A stretch of DNA of 61,887 nt, the filler included, from Kipferlia bialata (Eukaryota): assembly GCA_003568945.1 (NCBI GenBank). It is 3 parts of 3 records of this genome, joined end to end, with 100 filler letters (N's around TTAATTAATTAA, not from the genome) between each part and the next. Parts side by side here need not be neighbours in the genome. Positions count along the whole stretch, not along the records: positions 20,697 to 52,406 come from BDIP01000100.1; 2 more parts are not named here. One strand, given 5' to 3'. The notes beneath the pieces are model-generated. The model was given only the letters and a program-made list of their open reading frames with translations, did not search any database and had not been told where the DNA came from. The number at the start of each line of letters is the position of its first letter. Positions within the stretch are counted from its first letter, which is position 1. Shown piece by piece: positions 25,768-39,031 of the stretch. The translations under genes and the position numbers were made by a program.

Positions 25768-26725
25768 AGAGGTAGTGTGTGTGTATGTACGAGAGTTTGT
25801 GTTTAGGTTGTTGCTCTGGGCAGCCAGAAGAGAGGTGTGTGGGAAGAGACATAGTCTGGGTCTACAGAGATGAGAGAGGTAGTCGCGGTGTAGATGGGCA
25901 GATAGTGAAAGAAGGTGACAGAGAGGGTGGGAGTTCCAGAGAGAGGATGGGAGAGAGAGTGTATCTGTGAAGTAGACTTGTTGAGAGAGAGAGAGAGAGG
26001 AACGGGATGGCTACAGGGTAGCGTGTACAACAGAGAGTGTGTATGAGTGTGTGTGTGTGAGAGAGAGAGAGAGGAAATATGGGGTACCTGACAATGTCAA
26101 GTTGACATACCCTCGCCCATTTTCCATCCAGTCCCTATGTTAGTTTAGGAAGAGGCAGTTTCTGCCCATGTAGGTACTCACATTTGATGTGAGATAGTGT
26201 ATAATAGACAGAATATGTCATAACTCTGTTGGAATAGTTGGGTAATCTTCTCTACCTAGTAAGAAGAAAGAACATCCAATGTCCTGTTGTAAGAGACTAC
26301 CTCGTAGAGCCAGTGTATCTCTCTGTTCAACCTGCAAGCGACATTCTTATCTACTCATGACATGAAGAGAAGGATTTCGTATATAGGGCGGTGCGCCTAT
26401 ACTTCTGCAACTGTCCCGAAAGGTTGTCCCACCGCACCTCTGTGCATGTGTGTAATTCGTACATTGTCCACACGTATCTCTACTAATTGCCTTACGCATT
26501 ACCTCTATATCTTGTATACAGACATCTTACATTGTCTGCATGTATATCTATTCACTACCGTACACATGACCTCTTGGTAGAGGGCCTCTACTATCTCTTC
26601 ATCTGTAACTGCCCTGACAGGTAGTCCAGCATACTATCTATGTATGTATAGACTATGTACTTTCAGGATACTTGTATCTATTAGTTACCACCACACCCCT
26701 AACGCTACCTGTCTGCACAGGCCCT

Positions 26726-29700
26726 CTATCTCTTCATCTGCAACTGTCCCGATAGGTAGTCCAGCATACTAGACCACCTCTGCTTGTTCTCTATACCTCT
26801 GTTGACCAACTGAGAACCAAGGGTGGCGGCCTTAGGTTATAGAGGAATGGGTATCTAGATCGTGTAGGTAATAATTCACACTCTCAGTGTCTCTTAGCCA
26901 AATGAGAACGAAGGGAAGTAGCCTAACACGACAGAGTACAGGGCTGTTGAGAACAGTGCGAAATGAGAGTTACACATTATGGCAATACCATTATGATATA
27001 CACACCTCTGTCAGGCCAAGTCTGTGCATGTGGGTGGTATGTGCCTTGAGGAGTGGTAGCACCCGCTTCTCAAGGAATAGGACCTGGTGTTACTTAGTAA
27101 CTTCTCTAGTAACTTCTTTAGTAACTTCTTTAGTAACTTCTCTAGTAATTTACGAGGACTGCAATGGCCTACACTTATATACAACATAGTATGACGATCA
27201 TACAGTGGACTATTAAGTGACACGGTATCAGTAGCACTCTTAGTATACAATTACAGTAATATTGTGACATACAGAATACAAATGAACCTTACTACTGTAT
27301 ATATACTATTATATATACACTTGGGATCCGTAGTACCCTACCTGGCATGCACAGAGTGTGAGTTCCGGCCGTATCTCCTGAGTGCTCCTCCAGGCAGGGA
27401 CCAGCATCCCGGCCTATAATTAGTAACACTATTAGTGTCATTGACACTAATTTAGTGTCGTATATACATCTTTTACTGGTGTCTCTTAGGTCTCACTATA
27501 GGGTATAGATAATCACTATGCTAGAGTGTTGGCCAAGCCTTGGCCCAAGGAGTGCACGTCAATATATTCAATCACTGTTGTACTACTAGTGTATTACCTC
27601 TCTTTCCAATACACCAGACTGAAAACTCTCACGCATGGCACTACGTCCAAAGCGCTGTGCTACCTGACAGTGAGTACATCTACGGCTAGGAGGAATAGAA
27701 TATGTAATGGCTAATTGACAAGGTGAAGAGGCCCCAAACATATAACAAATATAGTGTGTAGACCCTACACTGCAGTACTAAATATATACTCCATATAGTA
27801 TAGTATCGTACCTAACAGTGAGTACTCCCCTTGTATAGTGTGTAGTATTATGGTACTGATGTATAAATGATATTAACACCGTAATAATCTACATAGCGTT
27901 CTATACCTTCCATGGCCTGACTGCGTTGCACACTTAATCAGTATATATAATGTATATACAATAGGTTACGAAACATACAAGTATATGAATAGCCACGCTG
28001 TCTAGACACTATAGTATATATACCTTCCACGGCCTGACTGCGTTGCACACTTGACCCAGAACTACCAAAGACCGAGCAGTGATAGTTTGGGCACGACCTT
28101 GTGTTTGTATACAGTTAACATATAGTCTGGGCACGTCCATGTGGTGGGAAGGGCCACTATTAGTACTATAGTAGTACAACATACCAGAAATAAGAATAGC
28201 AGAATGTGAACATATACATTTATGTACACAGTCATCCCCTACTGAACTACACTGGTATACCTAGCACCCCGTAGTATATACTATACACACTATTATAGTG
28301 TGACACTATACACTATGCACACTATTTACCTAGCTCCCCGTCTGGCTCCCCTATGGCACTGGGCACTACTGTCTCACTGGCACATATATACTATACTGTA
28401 TTATAGTATACTCCACAGTGTATTAACTATATGTACCCAATTCCCCGTCTGGCTCCCCTATAGCACTGGGCACTACCGTCTCACAGGTATATATATATAC
28501 TAACATGTATGTAAGGTATATATTATAGAGTATATATACTATAGAGACTATACTATGTACCTAACTCTCCGTCTGGCTCCCCTATGGCACTGGGCACCAC
28601 AGTCTCACTCGCTATGGCATCAACCCACTGCACAGGGGCCCGGAGCCTTCAATTAGGCGGAGTGAATGGTACATTGCAGTCCACTAACTACATCAGATTC
28701 ATATAGCGGCAGTGGGTACTTATCGTTAATCACATGTATGTGAAGTTTGTTCACAAACCTCAGCACTTGATATGTAATAGCCTTGGCCCTCGAGGCACAT
28801 GTCGACACTATCAGGTCCCTTGCAAATGCAATCTCTCTCGGTTGCTTCTCGAATAAACCAGCACCATGGAATATGGCAGTGAGTACAGTGGCAGCCTGGG
28901 GTGAGATAAACTACAATCGTTGTATGTTAAGTGGCAGTCTTAGTTTTCCCCATTAGTACTACAGAGTGTTCCTTTCGGGAGAGAGAGAGAGAGAGAGAGA
29001 ACTCACCTGTTTCTCTATGGGTACCCTCCTGCCATGTATCACGGTCACTGGGTTGTCTGTTGCTGACAGATAGTCTCTAAGGTGTTAGCAACAACGTGAT
29101 GTATCATACCCACAATACCACTAACTCTCAAGTACTGCTGTCTGTAGTAATATAGATGTATCTAAATATGTACACTATTACTATCACTATCACTATCAAT
29201 ACCTTGAGACACCCGGGTGGTCTATGCTGGTGGCTACACTTGATAGCAGCACCAGTAGCTGTAGTGCAGATGGCAGTATGACATGACCCATACTACCCGA
29301 GAGCAAGCCACCTGAGTTTACAACCTCAAAAGCATCGATATATATATATAAGACAATAGAGAATGCCATAAAACATATCAAGAAATTTGTTACTCCAATA
29401 GTGTCAAACTATTGTACTGTACTACATGAATACATACCCGAGATGAGTATCACTGACTGCAAGGAGTCCAGAGCATGAGTTGAGTTGTGGAAGGGGTTTG
29501 CCCGCATCATCCTACGGTGAGAGTCTGGAAAATACGCGGTATTCCTATCTATGCGATGTTATAGTGGTTAGTAGTGAGAGTCAGAAAGTTATGGTATTAT
29601 TATCCTTAAGAAGAGGTCGAGTATTGAATGGTATACCTAGAATATAGTAATAATATAAGTAAAAATAATACACTATGATACCTATAGATTGAGAATAGCA

Positions 29701-32700
29701 CACTGGCCAGGCATCGGTAGGACAGGTGGAGGTTGAGGGTGTGGGTTCCAGGCTGGTGTGCATAGAGATAGAGCAACAACCACCTAAATGTGAAGGTATG
29801 TAATGTGCCCACATCAGAAAGTCCATACTTCTCTCTATGTCCATACTTCCAAGACAATGTGAGAGTAGCACTTATGTACTACTTAAAACGACAACCAGTA
29901 TACCAGTATGTTATAAGACTCACCCAAAACCAAAGCCTCCAAACTGTCTCTCGAATGAATGCGCATCAAAGTCGATATCGGCAATGGCTCTTTCTAGCTG
30001 TAGGCGGGCGTCATAGAGAGCTGATGGTTAGAGGATATGTACACTACGGTAATGGTAGCATTCACTCGAGGGGCTTATTATAGAGTCGTCCTCTTTGTGA
30101 AGTAGTATTCTTAGACTCTACCAGTGGAACATCAAGCGTTTCATAGGTGAGTGCATTATATATCCGGATCCTCATACCATACAGCTTGTGTGAGTGCATC
30201 ACTATCTGGTCCACACACGTGTGACATGTGTAGAGACACCGGGTATGGGTGACAAGACAGGACGGTAGTGTAACAGGTCTGACTATAAGAGATCTCTCCA
30301 GGAGGTAGTGTCCCTTCTTAATGCCCTTAGATGGGCTAGACAGAATACCCGGACGTCGACTGTTCAAATCCCCGAAGGTTGCATTTGCATTGTCTTGAGC
30401 TAAAGTGCTACTCTCATATCGTTCATGTAAACTGGAGAATGGTGCCCTTTCTGCGTATCCGGCTGTAAAGACGACCTTCCCGTCGCTGTCACGTCTACAT
30501 GCTGATCTGAGGGTAAGGTACTTATCTTCAGAACTACTGTACTATTGGTGCATTAATTGGTGTATAATACCCTCTGTATGTGCACAGTAATCGTACTCCA
30601 CAGGATACCACGGTATAAATGCATACTGTAGATTCCCATAATACTGTTAAGTATACGTCACTCACCCAACGGATCTCATTGTGGTATAGACCCCTGGGTA
30701 CCGAGGTATCATCAGCTGGTGGTACTTCATGAGGAACAAGCCAGTGCGCTTGACCCTTTCCAGTGTCTCATAGGTCTGGCGGTTATATGTGTATTGACTG
30801 CTCTATCTGATATCTAAACACAAAACATTGAGGTGACATATACTGTATGGTTTACCTTCTGCAGGTCACTCGGATGTAGGTTCCTCGGAAAGGCCCCGAT
30901 CTCAGCCTGAATATCCTCTGATGTGTAGGCGCCTAACAGTTAGTTGTACCTATTACAGCTGGGTTTTGTTGACATGCTAAAACTATAGTAGTAGTCATTC
31001 ACCACTAGAGATGGAGTATTCCCTCACTACTTCCTGTCCTGATGCCTGAGGAACTGTTACTGATACTCTTTACCAGCTACCTAGCAAGTTGAGCCAAGGC
31101 CGGAACACAAATGTGCGGGCAAGGTTTGGTGGTACTGTTGTTGGTATGTCCCAAGGTACTTATGTCCTCTCAACAAGCACTCTGTTAACTATAAGGTACA
31201 CATGTACCATGATTGTGTGCAAAATGTGTTTGTCCTACCTCGAGCTACCATTGTAATATGGCATCACCCAACTAGTCATACTGATCATTGTACATTGTAT
31301 ATATAGTGCAGACTCAAGACGAGTGACCGTTCCACTAGTACCATGTTTCCCCTATACCCTATATTTACCTTCACAATACGACATCATCCAGTTGGCTCTT
31401 AGGGGTCTAATGCGGTCGCATCTCTGCAACATCTCTCGTTCCTTCTCTAACTCCCTTGTATTAGTAGCAAGTGAATAGTGTAGATAAACCTAGTCTCTCC
31501 TAGAAGAGCTTGTTCCGCTGTCTGTATGCATCCCACAGTTTCTAGTGTCCAGCTACAACTCTGACTGTTTGTTCTGCTTTACTAGCATGTGTACATCCAT
31601 ATGAAGAGTTTGCTAATCACTAGGAGTATCCTAAGCGTTACCTCACATAATCCCTCCTAGTACATGGTCTGTCCTCTGTGTGTGTACAGTAGTGGTGCTG
31701 CTGGAAGTCTTGGGGCACACTGCTCCTCGGGTACGGTAGACAGAATTCCCCTAAGAGTCAGAACTAGCATGTATCACGAGCATATGCACGTGAGTGTTGT
31801 TCATAGTGTTACAATTGCTACCTACTTCCCAAACATCATCACCGTTCTCATCAGAGGTAGTCGTATGCTGTGTGTATGCATGTTAACAGTGACTATGGGA
31901 AAACCTACAGCCCCAATATCATCCGACGACTCATCAGGGCTTAGATCATATATATATATATATACAGTTGTCAATATATATACGTATACATGAATATATG
32001 TGTATACCTACTGCCCCAATATCATCCGACGACTCATCGGGGCTGATTACCAATGGTGTTCTGATGTACGGTGTGTCAAGGTGAGCCGCAAGATCCTCGA
32101 CATGGGTTTGTGTCCTCTTGGGATTAGCTAAAGAATCTATATATGAAGAATCATCTTATACCTGGAGGAAATGGTACCTGATACTAACACATGCCTTACA
32201 GGATTTCGGTATACAGCATTGGTTTATAGTAGTTCTCACCTTAGGTACCAGAGACCCATCCTTGCTCATTAACTCCATATTCGTCATTGGTGGACTGACC
32301 GGACCCCACTGTAGCCTATCGTTAGTAACGATTCGTTACACTCTATCGATTGTCTTAAGGGTAAATGCCACTAACTAAATGATCTATTTCACAGTCACTA
32401 CGTATAGTAATTGAGAGAGTAATATTATGCATAAATAGAGTATTGCCACAGGTAATATTACTGCCAGTATACAAGTGTGTGTATGTATGTACATATCTAC
32501 ATGTATATACAAGGGAGAGCAAATATAGTATATATCTCATACCTCTCTTCGTCTGTCATGTACAGTGTGTGGTTCACTATGCTGGATACAAAGGACACAA
32601 GGGTGGAGTGGATGGGGAGGCAGTCCGGGGTCTTCAGTAGGACCTGATTGTTAGGCTCTAGTGTCTGTCTGCCTTCATCATTACATTGCTATAGGTACTA

Positions 32701-34230
32701 TCTGGTGTACAAGGGTCACCTTCGACGATTGCTATAGGTACTATCTGGTGTACAAAAGAATAGTATCCATTATGCGTATGGAAGCAATACATATATTCCA
32801 CATTGGTTCTCCGATACGTGTACATAGATGTAGATGGACAGGTGTCTACACTATAGTCTGGATCACGGTGTGGTAGACACCTAATAAGAGAAGAATAACT
32901 TATACCTTAATCGTCTGTAATAGGTCATCTGCGTGTGTAACCGCCACCGTCTGGAAGGTTGTAGGGTGCACTAGCAGGTTGGACACGGGTAGTGTGACAA
33001 ACAACCCATCCAGCAAACACTGCAGACCATGTAGAGCCTTGCGTTGCAGCGTAAGATTCTTGGGAAACCTACACGATATGTAGCATAGGGCCTGGTAGTA
33101 CAATTGCCACCCTAGGCTGACCCTGCCTATTCCCATGGATATCGTCTGGTACTCATGTTCATAGTCAGTGTCACCCCTAGCTTTCGCAGTAAGCAGTGCT
33201 AGTACTATTGGCCTCATGGCTGCCTCTCTCTCAACAGGACAGTGGCACTCGGGTAGGTTGTATCCAAGGCTAGGGTCTCTGGATAACAACCACCGCATCT
33301 CTTCATAGAGTGCAGCTACCACTGCGTCTCTATGCGGGGACCTCTCCACCCTGAGCGCTGTAAGGTACATCACACCCACCCTATTGACGTGGTTACGCGG
33401 GAGATAGAGGACAAAGGGTGGTATCCCGACCTCGCCAGTGACAGGGTCCTTCACTCGTTTCTGCAGCTTGAGGCCAGGAGGGTATGTCATGACTGGACAC
33501 AACCACGTTACCAGACACACACCACATACACGGTGGACAACCAGTATCCTCCACACAGTGTGAGTGTAGGTACCTGGGCTATACATGGAGCATAGCACGA
33601 GGCTGAGTAGAGTGACAGCATGTGTGGATATGTAGGTAGTCCAGGCAGGTGTCGAGTATACACCGAGGGACAGCCACCAGCCGGTAGCACTCTCCATCGC
33701 CCCTCTATAGCATGTCTCTGCTCGCCTTAACCCCCATGGAAGTATCAACAGTGTGAGACATAGTGGGAGAGCACACCATAATGTGACTGTAGACACATAC
33801 TCTGGAGAGAGGCTGCTAGGGTATATGATGTCTCTCAACAGTAGGCCTGTCCCACAGCCAATGGAGAGAGAGACAGCAGGGCGTATCCAGTATAGAAAGG
33901 GGTCGAAGGCTGGTACAAGGCCCGCTATTACGTGAAGCAGCTGTCTGGCAACTATATAGGAGGGCGCTAGTAGGAGGTATAGTGTTAGCCTCATTGAGAC
34001 TGAAGGTACTGTACACTCTACAGTGGTACTTCTACTGAAGCTGGTAGCACTGTGCGTCCATACTGGGAAGGACAGCACTAAACAAAGCAGATACACGACG
34101 TAGAAGACATTGTCTCTCTGGTATCAGAGAGAGAGGACCCAATGTAAGTGTATAAAATGAGACCTTGTGTAGCTACTATGTGTTAATGCATGGCTTTGTG
34201 TGCATATTGTATGACCTTGGAGTTCAGCAT
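26726..34230 (-). CDS. Multi-pass membrane protein with C-terminal class I cyclic-nucleotide phosphodiesterase-like domain (degenerate active site)
   Basis: Long hydrophobic exon 34117-32906 ends in a donor. Downstream exons give DIDFDAH, NPFHNSTHALDSLQ, TSIDHPGVS, PIEKQ, LIVSTC, GQVCNAVRPW, RESFQSGVLERE, CQVLFLEKRVLP and NKQRW in PDEase order. The start and the middle exons are uncertain. Confidence 0.75.
27095..27148. repeat. 12-bp intronic tandem repeat (TAGTAACTTCTY x4)
   Basis: Direct observation. Confidence 0.9.
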
Positions 34231-34829
34231 CACAGGGGTAGAGTCTCAGCACCGTGAGGGTGGCGTGTCTCTGGTACGTCAGTCTCTCTCTCTCACTCTC
34301 TCTCTCCCGTCCTGCCAATGCTCTTCTCTCTGAGAGAGGAGAGATAGAGCGATGAATCAGGCGGTTCAGACTATTGTACGTGTGTACAGTCTCGAGTTGA
34401 GGGTATCATTTGTCATTCAAAGAAGGTATCTTTTGTCATACTATAATACACTATCATACCATACCATATCATATCTGTACACACGAATTGATGGTGTGCA
34501 GTAGGCACGCATCAGTGAAGGTATCATGTGTGGACACAGTACTATTGGATCACCGTAGAGTATTTATGATATATATACACCACACGACCAGGCATCAATG
34601 ATTCAAGGCATTGTCATTGTTTGACACACCAACACCATACTAGGGAAGAGATGCAAGCAGCAACAGACTATTAACAATAGGCTATAACATATTGTGACCG
34701 AGCAGAGGATAACTTCTCGATTGTGCTGAGATCAGACATCAGAATGATCCAATCATTATGATTGTCGAAACGTTCTAACGTGCGAGTAAGTTGACAGGAC
34801 GAACTGAACTATCTTCTCTCTGTCCTTCC

Positions 34830-36186
34830 ATGGCAACTCAGCTTGGGGATGTGGTGGCTGAGATGAGGGAACAGATGGTGAGAGTATACTTCTATAACAC
34901 ATTCATACGACATGTATTAGTATCGTTAGGTGTCTGTATTGAGTATCCCGAAGGGATCTCTCTCTCACTCTCTCTCTCTTTCTGACTGCTGCGATGTGGG
35001 AACAGATGGTCAGTGGTTATGTACAGGATTTATACTTACATGGATATATACCACTCCACATATGCCAATGTGGGATCCTTAGCATATGTACATTGGAGAG
35101 TATTGTGGCTGAGGTTTAACCTCAGCCTGAGGTTATAGTTGATGCTCTCAGCTAACGACATATACACCTCTATTTTCACCTCTATTTACGTAGTTTGATG
35201 TGTCAATATTCTCTATGTCTCCCACCCCCTCCCCCATACGTCTCTCCATCACTCTATCTTTGGCTCACCCTCCCTTCCTATGCCATTCTGACTATGATGG
35301 CCTTGATCTATAGTCTCTCTCTATTTCCCCCCCCCTCTCTCTCCCTCTGTCTCTCCCTCTGTCTCTCTCTCTGTTTGTCTCGGTCTCTGTCTCTCCGCCT
35401 CTCTCTCTCTTTTCGCACTTCTTTCTTTCTATCTCTCTCTCTCTCTATCTACACCCTTCTTAACCCCAGGCCACTTTGAACAGGAGGGACATGGAGAGAG
35501 AGCGAGAGGTTAGAGAAATGAGAGTGGAGATTGACAGGTATATACATGTATATGTATTTATGTGTATGTGTGTACGTATGTATATATTTCTCTCTGTCTG
35601 TCCTATACATCTTACCCTCTATACCCCAGGCTCATACACAGTCTCCCCCCACATTTAGATTAGTGAATGGACATATATGTTCAATCTCGCTATGTGTGCA
35701 AACATCACACACACATATATGTATATGTATATATATGTATATTTCTAACCGTCTAGGCTCCAAAGACGTGTTGCTGACATGGAGACCCAGAGGGCACAGA
35801 CCAGGTATTATATATTGTATACTGTATATATAGTATTTCTATGTAATATGTACTACTATGTATTCACATTGAATACCAGCTAGTCTATACAATGTATAGT
35901 ATACATACTCTATATATACTCTATACATACTACGCACATATTCTATATACATAATATAGTATATGGACATTCAGATGCCACAGACAATGTATAGAGCAAG
36001 TCTCTCGCCCTCTCTCTATCTCTCTGTCTCTCATTGCTAGCCCCTGTACCTCTGCCCGTCCTGGCAAACTCTCGCTCTCTCTCTCTCTCTCTCTATATAT
36101 ATATGTGTGTATGTATGCATAAAAATCTTCTCATGTCCAGTACCTCTGCCCGTCCTGGCAATACGCCTCAGGGCCCTGTGATGGTG

Positions 36187-36228
<42 letters not shown>

Positions 36229-36535
36229 TCTCTCTTTCTCTGTTTACTGAATGAGTAGGTAAGACCTCTAAACATACATGGTATCAAAATATATAATATA
36301 TATATTGACATGTCTCTGTACATATCTCCATACATAAGTATTCTTCGACAAGTAATGCAATTACATGCACATTTACATACATGTCGATGTATATATACAT
36401 CAACACACATATTACCTTATATATATACACACATATATATATTAATACTTGATCATGTATATATATACATACTGCTCACTCCAGACCCATCGAGTCCACA
36501 CAAGGGAGAAGGCCACAGAGTACACGTTCCCAGAG
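34830..36535 (+). CDS. 5' exons of a hypothetical protein with N-terminal coiled coil
   Basis: MATQLGDVVAEMREQM|ATLNRRDMEREREVREMRVEID|RLQRRVADMETQRAQT|STSARPGNTPQGPVM|THRVHTREKATEYTFPE, phase-consistent. Confidence 0.6.
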
Positions 36536-36733
36536 GTATTGGTATATACCATACATACTATACGTGTATGCTCTGGTATGATACTATAAAATCCCAGAGG
36601 TATATGAATTTTGGGATAAAAGTACCTCCAGTATCCGTCAGGTCCCATTACCATCAGTGCTTACCCTATCTCTCCCACCGATCTCTCCTATACATATATA
36701 TACCTTTTCTCTCTTTCCTCCTGGTCCCTCCCT

Positions 36734-36786
<53 letters not shown>

Positions 36787-37005
36787 ATATATATATATAT
36801 TAACATTATTAAATATATTTATATTTATCGATATTAGTACGTATGTACTGCTGGACGATGGAAAGCAGGTAGTGTATGTGGTTTTATGCATATATAAGTA
36901 CATCACATATGTGTTACTATATACATTGCACAAGGTCTCACTGTAGGACTGGGGCATGTGGTCCTGGTTCAACACCACTCTGTCTCTCTCTCTCTCTCTC
37001 TCTCC

Positions 37006-37037
<32 letters not shown>

Positions 37038-37070
37038 TATGAGGGTGTGTATATATATCTCACCCCCCAG

Positions 37071-39031
37071 GACTGGGGCATGTGGTCCTGGTTCAACACC
37101 ACCCTGGCAGAGACACGGGCACAGGACAGAAAGGTTCGATGTAACAATGTAGTGTACCGATGCATAGAGTGTTTTATGTACATGCCGTCTGACCCTTCAG
37201 GCCCTCCTTGCGTTCCACCACCCCCCTGGTGTCATTGAACTGGCAGGCATAGACGACACGCTGCCCCACTGTGACAAGCAGGTATATTATCTGATAGTGA
37301 GTGCCTATCTTGGTAGTCTCAAATAGGTTCCTCATATGCATAGAAGTACTTGGAGCCTAGGGCTACTTCGGACTCTCTTCACCTTACCGACATATGTGTT
37401 GCATAGTAGTATATGTATACGTATCGTATATATGGATATGGATACAAATTCTGACACCCTGCCCCACTGTGACAAGTGGGTGTGGATAATAGTATATTTT
37501 GATATACCGTTCTTATGATTGTAAACTGGTATCCAGTGAATGTAGTCTGGCATTGTAACAATCATCCCCTCACTCCAGTACGAGCTGTATCTCAACGAGT
37601 ACAAGGACGTCATCATAGGGGGACTGGCTGGTAAGACATACTGATATTTCATCTATATGCCTATGTGGGGATATATGAGTGTATAGTATCTCTCACCCTC
37701 AGGCCACACCCACACTGACTCCTTCCGTGTCAGTTCCACCAACACCACATCAGTAGATGGGGATAGGGTCCCTGGCACAGTGGTATGGGTGGCTGGTGCT
37801 GCCACTGCCTACAGTGCCCAGAACCCAAGCATGAGGGTGTTCACATACGACAAGGAGTCATACGAGATCACAGGTATATATCAATAGTATTGCATTGTAG
37901 TGTTTGATTATGAATCCGGTGTCTCTAACCCCAGACTACCTAGTGTACTACTATGACCTCGATCGGTCCAATGATGCCGGGGTGCCCATCGTAGAAGAGC
38001 TGTACAGGGCAAGGTGAGTGCATATTGTATCTATATGTATATATGTACATATATATATATATATATATGCTGTATATATGTATATATACTCATGTGCGAT
38101 GGGTGCCCATAGTAGAAGAGCTGTACAGGGCAAAGTGAGTGAAACAATGCAATGTATACACGTGTATACGTATATATATACTTGTCTCTCAGATATATCT
38201 ACACTCATCATGGTTATAGTTACATTTGTCATTCCTATACTCGTGTCATATCCTTACCATGCACCTGTACTCCCTGCCCGACAAGAGTATAGAACACGTT
38301 ACATTTCATATGTTGTATACACCAGATATGCCCTATATAGACCCTTATCTGAGTTATCAAATATATGTATGTGTATGTGTGTGTGTATGTATGTATGTTC
38401 TTTCCCACCCCAGGCACCTGTACTCCCTACCTGACATGTCTGCTGACAGCTGGTACCAGCTGGGGATGGACCTGCAGGTATATACTAATTGTATGGAATG
38501 TATATATAACTCCCCCCGCCCCTTTCTCTCCCTCTAACCCCCCAGGGCACCGACGAGTACCTCTTTGCAGCATACTACGACAACTTCTTTGTGACAGCAG
38601 ACGACATGCACCCCATCAACAACGGTATGACATATATGTTGTATATATGTATATATATGTGTTGTATATATATATGTATATGTAACAATGTATGTATGAT
38701 AATATGAATAATGACATGTACCCCATCATCCAACTCGCCGCATATTATACTGATACACTGATCTGACCCCAGGCTACCATGCCCTGCTGTCCTGTGCCAC
38801 CACAGAGTGGACAATGCATGTACGTGTTTGTGTATGTATATATATATTTATATCTATATGAGTGTGAATATAAGGTTGTGTATTTTAGTAATTGTGAACC
38901 TAGTACTTTGTGAACCTAGTACTTTGTGCCGTGTTCGTGTACTAAAATTGTGTGTATATACATGTACTCACCGACTTCCTAACCCCCAGGACTTTGGAGA
39001 CTGCACCAACAGGGTGAACCCTCCGGTGTGA
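37071..39031 (+). CDS. Acid sphingomyelinase/SMPDL3-like metallophosphoesterase, C-terminal half
   Basis: Nine exons giving WSWFNTTL, AFHHPPG, YKDVIIGGLAGHTHTDSF, NPSMRVFTYD, DYLVYYYDL and YSLPDMSADSW. TGA at 39029-39031. Confidence 0.85.
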
